64,000 nt of DNA from NCBI GenBank assembly GCA_030017835.1, contig JASEGU010000002.1, forward strand, positions 29,248 to 93,247, read 5' to 3'. The translations under genes and the position numbers were made by a program. Each line of letters starts with the position of its first letter. The stretch's first letter is position 1. Shown in pieces: positions 20,411-30,599 of the stretch. The stretch is from Actinomycetota bacterium. GTDB taxonomy: Bacteria > Actinomycetota > Aquicultoria > UBA3085 > Oleimmundimicrobiaceae. The notes beneath the pieces were generated by a model. The model was not told the origin of the DNA. It did no database searches and worked only from the letters and a program-made list of their open reading frames with translations.

Positions 20411-22491
20411 TTGTCCTCTTCCACATCTATCGCTGTTAAGTTGATCCTACCCTTTTCGTCTATCTCAACGACCTTTACCTTGATCTTGTCGCCGACATTT
20501 ACGACGTCCTCAACAGTGGGTATCCTTTTTTTGGCGAGTTTTGAGATGTGAACCAGGCCGTCCTTGCCCGGAAGAAGTTCGACAAAGGCTCCAAAGGTCG
20601 TCGTCTTGACGACGGTTCCCAGGTAGATTTCGCCAGGCATTACCTCCTTGACTAGGGCCTCGATCATCTCCTTAGCTTTCTCTCCGCCCTCGCCGTCAAG
20701 GGAAGAGACATAGATGGTTCCGTCCGGTTTGACATCAATGGTGGCTCCGGTAGCCTCTATTATTCCCCTGATGACCTTTCCTCCCGGTCCAATGACCTCA
20801 CCGATCTTCTCCGGATTGATGCTCATCGCAATGATCCTTGGAGCATAGGCGGAGAGACTGCTTCTGGGCTCGCTTATTGCGGAGAGCATCTTATCCAGAA
20901 TGAAGAGTCTGCCATCTTTAGCCTGTTTGAGGGCCGATTTTAAAACATCGATGTGTACCCCCGTAGCCTTCATATCCATTTGAAGAGCGGTAATCCCCTT
21001 CGTGGTACCGGCCACCTTAAAGTCCATATCGCCAAGGGCATCTTCGACGCCTTGGATATCGGAGAGAACGGCTGCCTTATCTCCGTCCTTGACCAGACCC
21101 ATCGCAATTCCCGCAACCGGGGCCTTGATGGGAACTCCGGCGTCCATCAGAGATAGGGTGCTACCGCATACGCTGGCCATAGAGGATGAGCCGTTAGACT
21201 CCAAAACCTCGGATACAATCCTGATCGTATAGGGGAAATCTATCTCATCCGGTATGACCGAAAGCAGAGCCCTTTCGGCCAGCGCCCCGTGACCGACCTC
21301 GCGTCTTTTGGGCGTACCGAGTCTCCAGACCTCTCCCGTTGAAAAAGGCGGAAAGTTATAGTGGTGGAGATACCTCTTCGATTCTTTGTTATCAAGACCA
21401 TCGAGCCTCTGGACCTCGCTTGCAGTTCCCAGCGTCAAGACGGATAGGACTTGAGTCTGACCCCTGGTGAAGAGCCCAGAGCCGTGGGCTCTGGGCAGAA
21501 AGGCCACCTCGCAGTCGATCGGTCTGATTTCACCTAATGTCCGTCCATCCGGGCGGATTCCTTCATCTACTATCATCTTGCGAACCACAGACTTCTCAGC
21601 CGAGTATAGAAGCTTTTTGATCTCACCCTCGGATTCGGGATACTCTAACAGCAATTCTTCCATTATCGCTTTTTTGGCCACCGAAACGGCTTCCTCTCTT
21701 GCGAGTTTGTCTGAGCCGCCCATCGCCTCTCTTATACGTGAAGTCGCAATGGAGATGACCTTCTCCTTTAGTTCAGAATCGGGCTCTGCAAGAATGATCT
21801 CCCTTTTGGGTTTGCCGATTTCTTTTGCGATCTCTTCCATAGAAGCTATCATCGATCTAATTGCCTCATGAGCTCTAGAGAGGGCTTCGATCATCAGCTC
21901 CTCATCGACCTCATTCGCCCCAGCTTCGACCATGATTATGGAGTCACTGCTGCCTGCCACGATCAGATCGAGATCTGAGAGCAAAGAATCCTGAAGCGTA
22001 GGATTTATGATCCACTCTCCATCAAGACGGCCCATCCGCACGGCGGCAACCATCTTTTCAACCGGAATGTCCGATATGGCCAGAGCCATAGAGGCGGCAT
22101 TCAGCGCCAAAATATCGGAAGGATTTACCATGTCGACCGAGAGGGTACTCACAATTATTTGAATCTCGTTCCTGAAACCGTCTGGAAATAGCGGTCTTAT
22201 TGGACGATCTATGAGCCTGGCCGTAAGGATCGACTTCTCGCTCGGCCTGCCTTCTCTCTTTATGAAGCCACCCGGAATCTTGCCGGCGGCATACATCTTA
22301 TCTACAACTTCGACCGTAAGCGGAAAGAAGTCGAGCCCAAGCATGGGCTCCTTAGAACCAGCGACCGTCACAAGCACAATGCTATCGCCCATTCGAGCAT
22401 AAACGGCTCCGTCGGCTTGGCGGGCAATCTTACCGAACTGAAACTCTATACTCTTATCGCCTGATGAAATCTCTCGTGAAATTAAATCCAT
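20407..22491 (-). CDS. pnp: Polynucleotide phosphorylase
   Basis: Two RNase PH domains, KH and S1 domains; 694 aa; immediately downstream of rpsO. Confidence 0.95.
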   Translation of the reverse strand: MDLISREISSGDKSIEFQFGKIARQADGAVYARMGDSIVLVTVAGSKEPMLGLDFFPLTVEVVDKMYAAGKIPGGFIKREGRPSEKSILTARLIDRPIRPLFPDGFRNEIQIIVSTLSVDMVNPSDILALNAASMALAISDIPVEKMVAAVRMGRLDGEWIINPTLQDSLLSDLDLIVAGSSDSIIMVEAGANEVDEELMIEALSRAHEAIRSMIASMEEIAKEIGKPKREIILAEPDSELKEKVISIATSRIREAMGGSDKLAREEAVSVAKKAIMEELLLEYPESEGEIKKLLYSAEKSVVRKMIVDEGIRPDGRTLGEIRPIDCEVAFLPRAHGSGLFTRGQTQVLSVLTLGTASEVQRLDGLDNKESKRYLHHYNFPPFSTGEVWRLGTPKRREVGHGALAERALLSVIPDEIDFPYTIRIVSEVLESNGSSSMASVCGSTLSLMDAGVPIKAPVAGIAMGLVKDGDKAAVLSDIQGVEDALGDMDFKVAGTTKGITALQMDMKATGVHIDVLKSALKQAKDGRLFILDKMLSAISEPRSSLSAYAPRIIAMSINPEKIGEVIGPGGKVIRGIIEATGATIDVKPDGTIYVSSLDGEGGEKAKEMIEALVKEVMPGEIYLGTVVKTTTFGAFVELLPGKDGLVHISKLAKKRIPTVEDVVNVGDKIKVKVVEIDEKGRINLTAIDVEEDK

Positions 22492-22524
22492 TAAATTGTA
22501 AACCTCCTAAACTTTTAAAAGGGG

Positions 22525-22794
22525 CTAACCGCGCAGCTCGAGCTTCTTGATTATCAAACGATACTTATCGACATCTACCTCTTTTAGGTAGTTTAGAAGC
22601 CTTCTTCGTTGACCGACCAGTTTCAGTAGACCGCGGCGGGAGTGGAAATCTTTCTTATGCAGCTTCAAGTGCTCGGTTAGATCCTTTATCCTCTTGGAAA
22701 GGATGGCCACTTGAACTTCCGGGGATCCGGTATCGTGCTCATGAGAGCCGAATTCCTTGACGATGCCGGCTTTCTCCTGACTAGAAATGGTCAT
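22525..22794 (-). CDS. rpsO: 30S ribosomal protein S15 (start taken at the internal Met of MTISSQEK)
   Basis: The S15 signature ...[28 protein letters not shown]... Confidence 0.9.
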   Translation of the reverse strand: MTISSQEKAGIVKEFGSHEHDTGSPEVQVAILSKRIKDLTEHLKLHKKDFHSRRGLLKLVGQRRRLLNYLKEVDVDKYRLIIKKLELRG

Positions 22795-22931
22795 ACTATC
22801 ATCACCTCCTTTATTTATACCCCTCAAACCAAGTTAGACGTCGGTGAGTCATCTCCCTAGTATGAGGCAAAACCCTTAGAGCTCGATTTTTCTTGCTTAT
22901 ACTACCATAGTTAAATATTTCCGTAAACTTT

Positions 22932-23855
22932 TTATGCTAATAAACTGGCCGCTTTTCGAACGTCTCGTTCGATCTGACGTGCCAACTCCTCTTTGCTTGA
23001 GAATTTCTCTTGAGACCTCAACTTTGCAAACAGATCTAAATATATCTTCTTATCATAGAGGTCGGAATCAAAATCTAATATATAAGCCTCAATCCGCCTA
23101 TCTTGAAGACCGAAGGTGGGCGATGAGCCAATATTTATAACGCACTTCATAGAGCGGCCATCGAAGTGAGCGGTGCCGGCATAGACCCCGTCCTGAGGCA
23201 ACTGTATCTCCTCGGCGAGCTCGACGTTGGCCGTGGAATAACCCATGCTCCTTCCGCGACCAAACCCGCTGACCACGGTCCCGCTCAAACTGGGATAACG
23301 TCCAAGGATCTTCCCCGCCCTCTCAATCTCACCGTCCATAAGAAGCTTTCTGATTCTGGTGCTGCTTATCGGCTTACCTTCAAAGTTCTCCAAAGGTAGG
23401 GCCTTAACCTTAAATCCCTTCTCTTCGCCCAACCTCTTCAAGAGAAGGGCGTCGCCTCTAGCCTTATGACCGAATCTAAAGCCATCGCCGACGATCACCT
23501 CGACGGCGCTTAATCGCTTCAACAAAACCTCGTCTACAAATTCTTCGGGAGTCAGCTTTGAAAACTTGAGCGTAAATTGGATAAAAAGGAGTAGATCCAC
23601 CCCAAGTTCCGATATGAGTCTCTCTTTGGAATCGAAATCGGTAAGTATAGGAGGATGCTCATTCGGCGATAAGACCGCTTCAGGATGGGGCAAGAAGGTC
23701 AGAACGACGCTTTTTGCACCGAGGGTTTTAGCATCGGTCACGCAGGTCATTATCGTCTTCTTGTGACCCCGATGGACGCCGTCAAAAAAGCCCAGAGCGA
23801 CCACGGTATCTCCCTTTAAATCACCCAGCGATTCCAGACCGATTATCGTTTCCAT
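22932..23855 (-). CDS. ribF: Bifunctional riboflavin kinase / FAD synthetase
   Basis: N-terminal FAD-synthetase nucleotidyltransferase fold (GFFDGVHRGH) and a C-terminal riboflavin kinase domain. Confidence 0.9.
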   Translation of the reverse strand: METIIGLESLGDLKGDTVVALGFFDGVHRGHKKTIMTCVTDAKTLGAKSVVLTFLPHPEAVLSPNEHPPILTDFDSKERLISELGVDLLLFIQFTLKFSKLTPEEFVDEVLLKRLSAVEVIVGDGFRFGHKARGDALLLKRLGEEKGFKVKALPLENFEGKPISSTRIRKLLMDGEIERAGKILGRYPSLSGTVVSGFGRGRSMGYSTANVELAEEIQLPQDGVYAGTAHFDGRSMKCVINIGSSPTFGLQDRRIEAYILDFDSDLYDKKIYLDLFAKLRSQEKFSSKEELARQIERDVRKAASLLA

Positions 23856-24767
23856 TTAAGTTAACTCCTCAAGAACTATATGAGGTTTTAGCAGATTGAC
23901 CCCCGACTCGTCCTTAATCAGGCTTCCAACCGCAACAGCCCGATTCTCCTCATTTAAGACCAAGATATCCTGGCTCGGCTCGACCCCATTTAGGCTCGGG
24001 TCGCTGACCGGATTTCCGGCCGTTACCCTCTTTTCGACGTGACTTGGAACGGAGATTTTGGGCATATTCAAGTGGGCCGCTTCTATTGGAATTACCGCAT
24101 CATCAGCGCTGGCCTTCCTTGCCAGTTCTTCGAGCTTAGTCATAGTGATGGCCTCCTCCAATGAGTAGCGACCTGACCTCAGCCTTACAAGACTTGAAAG
24201 GTGAGCTCCGACGCCGAGAGCGTCTCCGATGTCGGAGACGAGCGATCTTATGTACGTTCCCTTGGAGGAGCCGACCTTGAGGGTTGCCTTGGGATATTTA
24301 CCCGGCTCAAAGGAGATCAGTTTGAGCAGGGATATCTCAACCTCTCTTGTCGGCCTCGGCTCATCTCTCCCCAGCCTTGCCAGGCTGTATAAGGGTTTGC
24401 CGTTCACCTTTACAGCAGAGAACATAGGCACCTTCTGAGTTATTCTTCCGCGAAAGGCCGAGAGCGTTTTTTCCAAATCTTCTCTCGTTATCGAAGGTGG
24501 AGACTTTGATAAGACCTTGCCTGAGGCGTCCAGAGTATCTGTGCTGATGCCGATGGTCATCTCTGCAAGATAGGTCTTTGAGTCGCCTTCAAAAAACTTA
24601 GCTAACCTGGTCGCCTTGCCGACCAGAATTATCATAAGACCGGTGGCATCGGGGTCCAAAGTGCCGGTATGGCCCGCCTTTTTAGCCTTTAACAACTTTT
24701 TTACCTGGGCAACCAGATCATGTGAGGTAATTCCCTTTGGTTTATCTATGAGTAGGATTCCATTCAA
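23856..24767 (-). CDS. truB: tRNA pseudouridine(55) synthase
   Basis: The TruB catalytic-Asp region GILLIDKPKGITSHDLV...HTGTLDPDATG and a PUA domain. Confidence 0.9.
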   Translation of the reverse strand: MNGILLIDKPKGITSHDLVAQVKKLLKAKKAGHTGTLDPDATGLMIILVGKATRLAKFFEGDSKTYLAEMTIGISTDTLDASGKVLSKSPPSITREDLEKTLSAFRGRITQKVPMFSAVKVNGKPLYSLARLGRDEPRPTREVEISLLKLISFEPGKYPKATLKVGSSKGTYIRSLVSDIGDALGVGAHLSSLVRLRSGRYSLEEAITMTKLEELARKASADDAVIPIEAAHLNMPKISVPSHVEKRVTAGNPVSDPSLNGVEPSQDILVLNEENRAVAVGSLIKDESGVNLLKPHIVLEELT

Positions 24768-25768
24768 TTGGCTGCTTTCAATGTATCAATCAGTTTTTGG
24801 GTTGTCTCAACTCTCTCTTTGGCGGAAACGTAACCGGCTGCCGCTTTGTGGCCGCCTCCGCCAAAGAAACTTGCTACTCGGGCAACGTCGATTTCACCTT
24901 TGGAACGAAGCGACACCTTCCATCTGCCCTCAACTGTCTCCTTGAGAACGAAGGCTACCTTGGCCTCTTTGACGACCCTGAGCATGTTTATTAGGCTCTC
25001 CGTCTCATCCAGTTTTACGCCCAAAACGGTGAGGTCCTCCTGATTTATGAAGGAGTGGATTATCGCGCCATCCAAGACGGCTCTGGAGAGAAAGCGCTCG
25101 ATAAGCTTTAAGTAGCTTAGGCTCTCGTTCTCGTAAACATTTCTGAAAATATTGGCAGGCTCGACGCCGTAGGCGAGAAGGTCTTTGGCCATAGCGAATG
25201 TGGACTCATCCGTATTGGAATATTGAAAACGTCCAGTATCGGTAACCAGACCGACATAGAGCGAAGAGGCGATATTGAAATCAAGCTCTCCATCGAGTTC
25301 TTTTATGATCCTATAGACCATCTCTGCTGTTGCCGGGGAATTTACGTCAATGAAGTTGATCTTGGCAAAACCTAGGTTGCCCTGGTGATGATCGATGTTT
25401 ATCGAAACGGGGGAGATATCGATAAAGGCGTTCAGGGAGCCAAGCCGACTTAAGCTAGCACAGTCTAGAGCGATAAAGCAATCGAGGTGATCGCTGCTTA
25501 CGGACAGGTTGGCGAGCAGATCATCAGTTGAAAGGAAGTCATAGATCGAAGGTATCTCTGGCTTTAAGTCGACGTCGCTCTCGATTCTTCGGTCATCCCA
25601 ACCGAGGCGTACATCCTTTCCGATCTTTTTCAAAAAGAGACCAAGACCGATAAGTGAGCCGATTGCATCACCGTCTGGATCACGGTGGGTGGCGAGGACG
25701 AACCTTTGGTTAGATTCAATTTCTCGGACTACAGCTCGAATTTCCTCATCCTTGGCTTTGACGCCCAT
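24764..25768 (-). CDS. DHH/DHHA1-family phosphoesterase (NrnA-like oligoribonuclease/pAp phosphatase)
   Basis: The DHH motifs (HRDPDGDAIGS, DHH) and a GGGH DHHA1 motif; the conserved rbfA-DHH-truB order. The start is taken at the internal Met just after the rbfA stop. Confidence 0.75.
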   Translation of the reverse strand: MGVKAKDEEIRAVVREIESNQRFVLATHRDPDGDAIGSLIGLGLFLKKIGKDVRLGWDDRRIESDVDLKPEIPSIYDFLSTDDLLANLSVSSDHLDCFIALDCASLSRLGSLNAFIDISPVSINIDHHQGNLGFAKINFIDVNSPATAEMVYRIIKELDGELDFNIASSLYVGLVTDTGRFQYSNTDESTFAMAKDLLAYGVEPANIFRNVYENESLSYLKLIERFLSRAVLDGAIIHSFINQEDLTVLGVKLDETESLINMLRVVKEAKVAFVLKETVEGRWKVSLRSKGEIDVARVASFFGGGGHKAAAGYVSAKERVETTQKLIDTLKAAN

Positions 25769-25797
25769 CGACTCCTTGGATGAGAGACCGTATCTAT

Positions 25798-26151
25798 TCA
25801 CTGACCTTCCTCTTCGCCTAAGCTTGAGCTGTAAATGATCTTGGATATCCTGGATGCTCTCTCGATAGATAAGTCCCACTTAAAGATCAATTCCGGCGTA
25901 TATTTCAGATGGAGGGACTTTGACATCTCCCTCTTGATGAAGCCCTTGGCTCCATTTAGTACCTCGACGAGTTCGGCTTGTCTCTCCTCTTCTATCGAGC
26001 TTATATATATGTAGGCGGTTTTTAGATCCGGAGTGACATCGACATCGGTCACGGTAACCATTTCGATCCTAGGATCTTTTAGCTTGACTATCGCCTGGCT
26101 TATCTCCTCTTTAAGAGCCTCTTTGACCCTATTCTGCCGGGAGAATTCCAT
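25798..26151 (-). CDS. rbfA: Ribosome-binding factor A
   Basis: The RbfA KH-like fold and the N-terminus MEFSRQNRVKEALKEEIS. Confidence 0.85.
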   Translation of the reverse strand: MEFSRQNRVKEALKEEISQAIVKLKDPRIEMVTVTDVDVTPDLKTAYIYISSIEEERQAELVEVLNGAKGFIKREMSKSLHLKYTPELIFKWDLSIERASRISKIIYSSSLGEEEGQ

Positions 26152-26160
26152 CTAATCCCC

Positions 26161-26466
26161 CTATTCATCATCATTTGAGTGAAATATATGAATCTTGGAA
26201 CCAACCAATTCCGCCTCACTAATCTCGATCGTAAGGTCTATTATCCTCTCCAAAAAGTCCCTCATCTCGGATTCAGAGGAGGAGACAGCGCTAACTCCGA
26301 TAAGGCTCCTCTGGATGAGGTCTTGACCGGATATCTCCTTGACTGAGAGGTTGTACCTACTCTTAAGTCTTTGGGTTAGACTCTTTATGACGCGACGCTT
26401 ACTTTTGAGCGAGTCCGATGCAGTTACGATGAGATCCAGTTCAAGAAGTCCAACAACTGTGCCCAT
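26161..26466 (-). CDS. DUF503-family protein (YlxP-like)
   Basis: A small protein conserved between infB and rbfA; 101 aa. Confidence 0.7.
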   Translation of the reverse strand: MGTVVGLLELDLIVTASDSLKSKRRVIKSLTQRLKSRYNLSVKEISGQDLIQRSLIGVSAVSSSESEMRDFLERIIDLTIEISEAELVGSKIHIFHSNDDE

Positions 26467-26486
26467 TCAAATGCTCTTTCCTCTAC

Positions 26487-28541
26487 TTAAAGGGCAGCTT
26501 TTTCCACAATCTTATAGAACTCTAAGACATCTCCGAGCTGAATATCGGAGAACTTGTCTATGACTATTCCGCATTCAAGACCGCTTTTGACCGAATTGAC
26601 ATCGTCCTTAAATCTCCTCAAGGACTTGACATTGCCTTCGAATACGACCGTTCCGTCTCGAATCACCCTCAAGCTATCCTTTCTGTTGACCTCTCCTTGG
26701 GTAACGAAACATCCAGCTATGGTTCCAAGTTTCGAAGCCTTGAAGATATCCTTAACCTCAACTGTCGCGGTCTCAACCTCCTCAAGGGTGGGTTTTAAGA
26801 GACCCTTCCTGGCGGCCTCGATGTCCTCGATAACCTTATATATAACCCGATACATCCTGACATCTACGTTCTCCCTATCGGAAAGCTCCTTGGCTTTGAC
26901 GTCGGGCCGGACATTGAATCCGATAACTACAGCATTGGAGGCTGAAGCGAGCATTATGTCTGTCTCCGTGATTGCCCCAACGCCCTTGTGTATCACCCTC
27001 ACCTTGACCTCTGTCTGGTCGATTTCACCAAGAGCCCCGCAGAGGGCTTCGATCGAGCCTTGGGTATCCGCTTTAACGACAAGATTTAAATCTCGAATAT
27101 CGCCCTTTTTGATCTGGTTAAAGAGGTCTTCTAGAGCAATGTGTCTGTGTGAATCTTTCTCCAAGACCCTCCTTTTCAAGAGCCTCTCCTCGGAGATCTG
27201 CCTCGCCCTCTTTTCATCCGAGACCTCTTTCAAGGTGTCTCCGGCGTTTGGCGTCTGCGACCAACCGGTCAGCTCAACCGGTTGACCGGGCTTGGCTACA
27301 TTGACTTTCTTTCCTTTGTCGTCCCTCATGGCCCGGATCTTGCCGCTTGCGTAGCCGGCTACAACCGCGTCGCCCACCTTAAGAGAGCCGCCCTGGATGA
27401 GGACGGTAGCAACCGGACCCTTGCCCTTGTCTAAGAAGGCCTCGATGACCGTGCCATATCCAGGTCCTTTATCAGGCGCTTTTATATCGGCCATCTCTGC
27501 CAAGAGCAGCAGCATATCTAGGAGTTCATCTATATTGATCTTATTCTTGGCGGAAACATTTACAAAGATGGTGTCTCCACCCCACTCCTCCGGCACAAGG
27601 CCATACTCGGTCAATTGCTGTTTGACTTTGTCCGGATTGGCCTCTTCCTTGTCAATCTTATTCACGGCAACAAGGATCGGCACTCCAGCGGCCTTTACGT
27701 GGTCTATGGCCTCTACCGTCTGAGGCATGACACCGTCGTCGGCCGCAACGACCAAGACGGCTATGTCGGTAATCTTAGCTCCCCTTGCCCGCATGGCGGT
27801 AAAGGCTTCGTGACCCGGGGTGTCGATGAAGGTTATCTTCTTTTCGTTTCTCTCGACTTGGTAGGCCCCTATATGCTGAGTTATCCCCCCCGCCTCTGTC
27901 GAGACCACATCGGTCTTTTGTATGGCGTCCAAAAGAAGCGTTTTGCCGTGATCCACATGACCCATTACGGTAACGACCGGCGGACGTGGCTTTAAGTCCT
28001 TTACGTCAACCTGAAGGGGTTCCTCCTCTTCCATCTCCTCCTCCAAGGTTACGATATGGATTTTGAGCCCAAATTCGTCGGCCAAAATCTCAATGGCTTC
28101 GCGGCTTACAGGCTGATTAATGGTCGCCATTTCTCCCATGTTCATTAGGGTTTTTATGATCTCCGTCGGATTCTTTGAGAAGATATTGGCTATCTCGCTT
28201 ACCGTCGAGCCTTCCATGACCCTTATGCCCTCTTCGGCTTGTTTGGTAAAAGCGTCCGCTTTTGGCTCCGTCTTTAAGTGTTTATTCCCCGCTGGCTTAG
28301 GAGCGGGAGCCTCTTCTCTTGGCTTCTCCTCAACTTTGGGTTTGGAATCACTCTTCTTATCTTTACTCATCATCTCCGGCTTAGATGGGGTTTTCAGCCT
28401 CTCCTTGAGAGCCGCTTCCGTTTTATCGTCGAGACTTGCAAAGTGATTTTTGACAGAGACCTTCATCTCTTTAAGCTCGTCCATCAACTTTGAGCTGTTT
28501 ATATCGAGTTCGCTTGCAAGTTCATAAATCCGTTTTGACAA
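26487..28541 (-). CDS. infB: Translation initiation factor IF-2
   Basis: The GTPase G-domain (GHVDHGKTLLLD, DTPGHEAF, NKID) and the IF2 C-terminal domains. Confidence 0.95.
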   Translation of the reverse strand: MSKRIYELASELDINSSKLMDELKEMKVSVKNHFASLDDKTEAALKERLKTPSKPEMMSKDKKSDSKPKVEEKPREEAPAPKPAGNKHLKTEPKADAFTKQAEEGIRVMEGSTVSEIANIFSKNPTEIIKTLMNMGEMATINQPVSREAIEILADEFGLKIHIVTLEEEMEEEEPLQVDVKDLKPRPPVVTVMGHVDHGKTLLLDAIQKTDVVSTEAGGITQHIGAYQVERNEKKITFIDTPGHEAFTAMRARGAKITDIAVLVVAADDGVMPQTVEAIDHVKAAGVPILVAVNKIDKEEANPDKVKQQLTEYGLVPEEWGGDTIFVNVSAKNKINIDELLDMLLLLAEMADIKAPDKGPGYGTVIEAFLDKGKGPVATVLIQGGSLKVGDAVVAGYASGKIRAMRDDKGKKVNVAKPGQPVELTGWSQTPNAGDTLKEVSDEKRARQISEERLLKRRVLEKDSHRHIALEDLFNQIKKGDIRDLNLVVKADTQGSIEALCGALGEIDQTEVKVRVIHKGVGAITETDIMLASASNAVVIGFNVRPDVKAKELSDRENVDVRMYRVIYKVIEDIEAARKGLLKPTLEEVETATVEVKDIFKASKLGTIAGCFVTQGEVNRKDSLRVIRDGTVVFEGNVKSLRRFKDDVNSVKSGLECGIVIDKFSDIQLGDVLEFYKIVEKAAL

Positions 28542-28562
28542 TCAAATCACCCTTAATTAAGT

Positions 28563-28841
28563 TTAGCTCTCTTGAGCAAATATCTCGGCCAGACTAAGGC
28601 CCAAGCTTTCTATCAAATCTCTATCGACGGCTGTCTTTAGGGCTGCCCCTATCCTCTTTTTTTTGGCCGCCTCTTCGAAACATTTCATGCTGCAAAAATA
28701 GGCGCCCCGGCCAGCTTCTCTTCCCGTCGGGTCAACCCTTATATCGCCATCTTTGGTGCATACCACTCGTTTGAGATCGCGCTTTGGAAAGGACTTATAG
28801 CAAGCAATGCATCTCCTAAGCGGCTGTTTCTTTAAAGACAC
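28563..28841 (-). CDS. YlxR/RnpM-family RNA-binding protein (DUF448)
   Basis: The RRC..C...P...L.R motif (LRRCIACYKSFPKRDLKRV) and a position between nusA and infB. Confidence 0.75.
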   Translation of the reverse strand: MSLKKQPLRRCIACYKSFPKRDLKRVVCTKDGDIRVDPTGREAGRGAYFCSMKCFEEAAKKKRIGAALKTAVDRDLIESLGLSLAEIFAQES

Positions 28842-28843
28842 TT

Positions 28844-29998
28844 CTATTCCAGCCTTTTATGGACTCCGCAATAATCGCTACCCGGCCGACTCTTGTTTGC
28901 GCACCTTTCACCAGATTTCTTGACGGCTTTGCACCTGTCGCCTGGGTCTGCTTCTTCGGTTTCCGGCATGGGGGCGAGCGCCCTCTCTGCTGCCTCCCTC
29001 GCAGCTCGAGAGTCGCTTTTGATGTCGATCCTCCAGCCAGTGATCTTTGCTGCAAGCCTTGCGTTCTGCCCCTCTTTGCCGATGGCCAGTGAGAGCTGGT
29101 CATCTGGGACAACGACTTCGGCCGTCTTTTCCTCTTCGTTTATTTTAACCGACTTCACCTTGGCCGGACTCAAAGCATTCCCCACGAATTCGGCAGCGTC
29201 GTCGCTCCATCTTATCACGTCAATTTTCTCGTCTCTAAGCTCTGAAACGACCATGCGAACCCTGGAACCCTTGGGACCCACACAGGCTCCGACTGGGTCT
29301 ATGCTCTCATCTCTGGAAGATACGGCTATCTTGGAACGATAGCCAGGCTCCCTTGAGACGGCCTTGATCTCAACATAGCCATCGAGAATCTCGGGGACCT
29401 CGAGCTCAAAGAGGCGTTTGATCAAACCAGGATGGGTCCTCGAGAGGATTATCTGCGGCTCTTTTGAGGTCCGTCTCACCTCGATGATATAGGCTTTCAC
29501 TCTCATGCCGTGTTCATATCTCTCCCCTGGTACCTGCTCTGAGGGGGGCAGAAGGGCCTCAACCCGGCCCAGATTGACGAGCGTATATCTCTGGTCGCTC
29601 TGTTGAATGATACCGGTGACGATATCACCTTCTCGATCTATGTACTCCTCATACATGAGAGACCTTTCGGCCTCCCTGATCTTTTGTAGGATGACCTGTT
29701 TAGCCGTCTGAGCCGCTATTCTCCCGAAGTCTTTCGGCGTTATCTCTTCTTCAACCATTTCGATCCCGGAATCGGTCTTGAGCTCAGTCTGAGATAACAC
29801 CTTTATCTCCCCCGTCTGCCTGTCTATATCGACATAGACGTTGGGGGCAAGACCACAATCCTTTTTGTAGGCAGAATTGAGCGCATCGCTGAGCGCTTCA
29901 AATATCGCATCGGCGTCTATCTTCTTCTCTCGCTCTATCTGTCTTATGGCCTCGATAAGATCAAGGTTCACTCGAAAACTCCTTTCAAAAACCGACAA
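28844..29998 (-). CDS. nusA: Transcription termination/antitermination factor NusA, carrying an unusual roughly 45-aa basic Cys/His-rich C-terminal tail
   Basis: The NusA N-terminal domain and the S1, KH1 and KH2 domains, then the tail ...DRCKAVKKSGERCANKSRPGSDYCGVHKRLE. Confidence 0.9.
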   Translation of the reverse strand: MSVFERSFRVNLDLIEAIRQIEREKKIDADAIFEALSDALNSAYKKDCGLAPNVYVDIDRQTGEIKVLSQTELKTDSGIEMVEEEITPKDFGRIAAQTAKQVILQKIREAERSLMYEEYIDREGDIVTGIIQQSDQRYTLVNLGRVEALLPPSEQVPGERYEHGMRVKAYIIEVRRTSKEPQIILSRTHPGLIKRLFELEVPEILDGYVEIKAVSREPGYRSKIAVSSRDESIDPVGACVGPKGSRVRMVVSELRDEKIDVIRWSDDAAEFVGNALSPAKVKSVKINEEEKTAEVVVPDDQLSLAIGKEGQNARLAAKITGWRIDIKSDSRAAREAAERALAPMPETEEADPGDRCKAVKKSGERCANKSRPGSDYCGVHKRLE

Positions 29999-30001
29999 GG
30001 T

Positions 30002-30457
30002 TTAGAATTCTGCTATCAAGTTAGCTTTCGAAATTTCATCGTAGTCAACATTCAATGTTTGACCATCCAGATCTAGAGTCAAACCAGAATCACTTGCGTC
30101 TTTAATAATCCCTTCAAATTTTTTTCTGCCTTCCATACTACTTTTGGTCTTTAGGCTCACCCTGCAATTGATGCTATCCATAAAGTGCTTCGGACGCCTT
30201 AGCCTTCTTTCAATTCCAGGCGAAGATACCTCCAGAAAATACTTTGCATCTATCGCCTCCGACTCGTCAAGGCTTTTAGAGAGCTTCTGGCTTGCCTTTG
30301 AGCAATCGTCAACTCCCACACCGCCCTCTTTATCTATGTAAACTCTCAATATGTTGCCAGCCGGTTCTTTCGTGTATTCGATATCGTAAAGATTCAAGCC
30401 GAGCTTATTTAAGTCATCCATCAAGATGTTTTCTAAGTCGTCCAGATTGATCTTGCC
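30002..30457 (-). CDS. rimP: Ribosome maturation factor RimP (start taken at the internal Met of MGKINLDD)
   Basis: A RimP-family fold and a position directly upstream of nusA. Confidence 0.8.
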   Translation of the reverse strand, partial: GKINLDDLENILMDDLNKLGLNLYDIEYTKEPAGNILRVYIDKEGGVGVDDCSKASQKLSKSLDESEAIDAKYFLEVSSPGIERRLRRPKHFMDSINCRVSLKTKSSMEGRKKFEGIIKDASDSGLTLDLDGQTLNVDYDEISKANLIAEF

Positions 30458-30490
30458 CATTGAACCTCTAGTTCTCTGTCCCCAATATAT

Positions 30491-30516
30491 TAAAAAAAGT
30501 GGGCTCTGTACCCACT
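30491..30516 (-). terminator. Putative intrinsic terminator (6-bp stem, 7-nt loop, then U7) separating the proS-glycosyltransferase transcript from the rimP-nusA-infB operon
   Basis: The minus strand reads AGUGGG-UACAGAG-CCCACU followed by UUUUUUU. Confidence 0.4.
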
Positions 30517-30599
30517 CAAAATTACAACCTTTAAGCTTTTTAGATATTAACATAATATTTTTTTTAGCGCAATCGACCTGCTAACATCCTAGCTGGCTT

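Noticed and set aside
22492-22524. Possible pnp leader hairpin or RNase III site between rpsO and pnp
   Set aside because: The 33-nt gap contains only a short GCUCGAGC palindrome that lies largely within the rpsO coding end. I could not identify a convincing stem-loop by eye.
26554-27285. 243-aa plus-strand ORF (Ser/Leu/Thr-rich) antisense to infB, plus similar long antisense ORFs inside ftsK (13507-14052), ileS, ftsZ, ftsQ and others
   Set aside because: They are low-complexity translations of the reverse strand of well-supported genes, with no independent RBS or promoter. This is the typical antisense-ORF artefact.
28816-29112. 98-aa Arg-rich minus-strand ORF overlapping the 3' end of nusA in another frame
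   Set aside because: It overlaps the NusA KH2 domain region and the tail completely. Its composition is typical of an out-of-frame read of a GC-rich stretch. It is kept only as a caveat for the NusA-tail finding.
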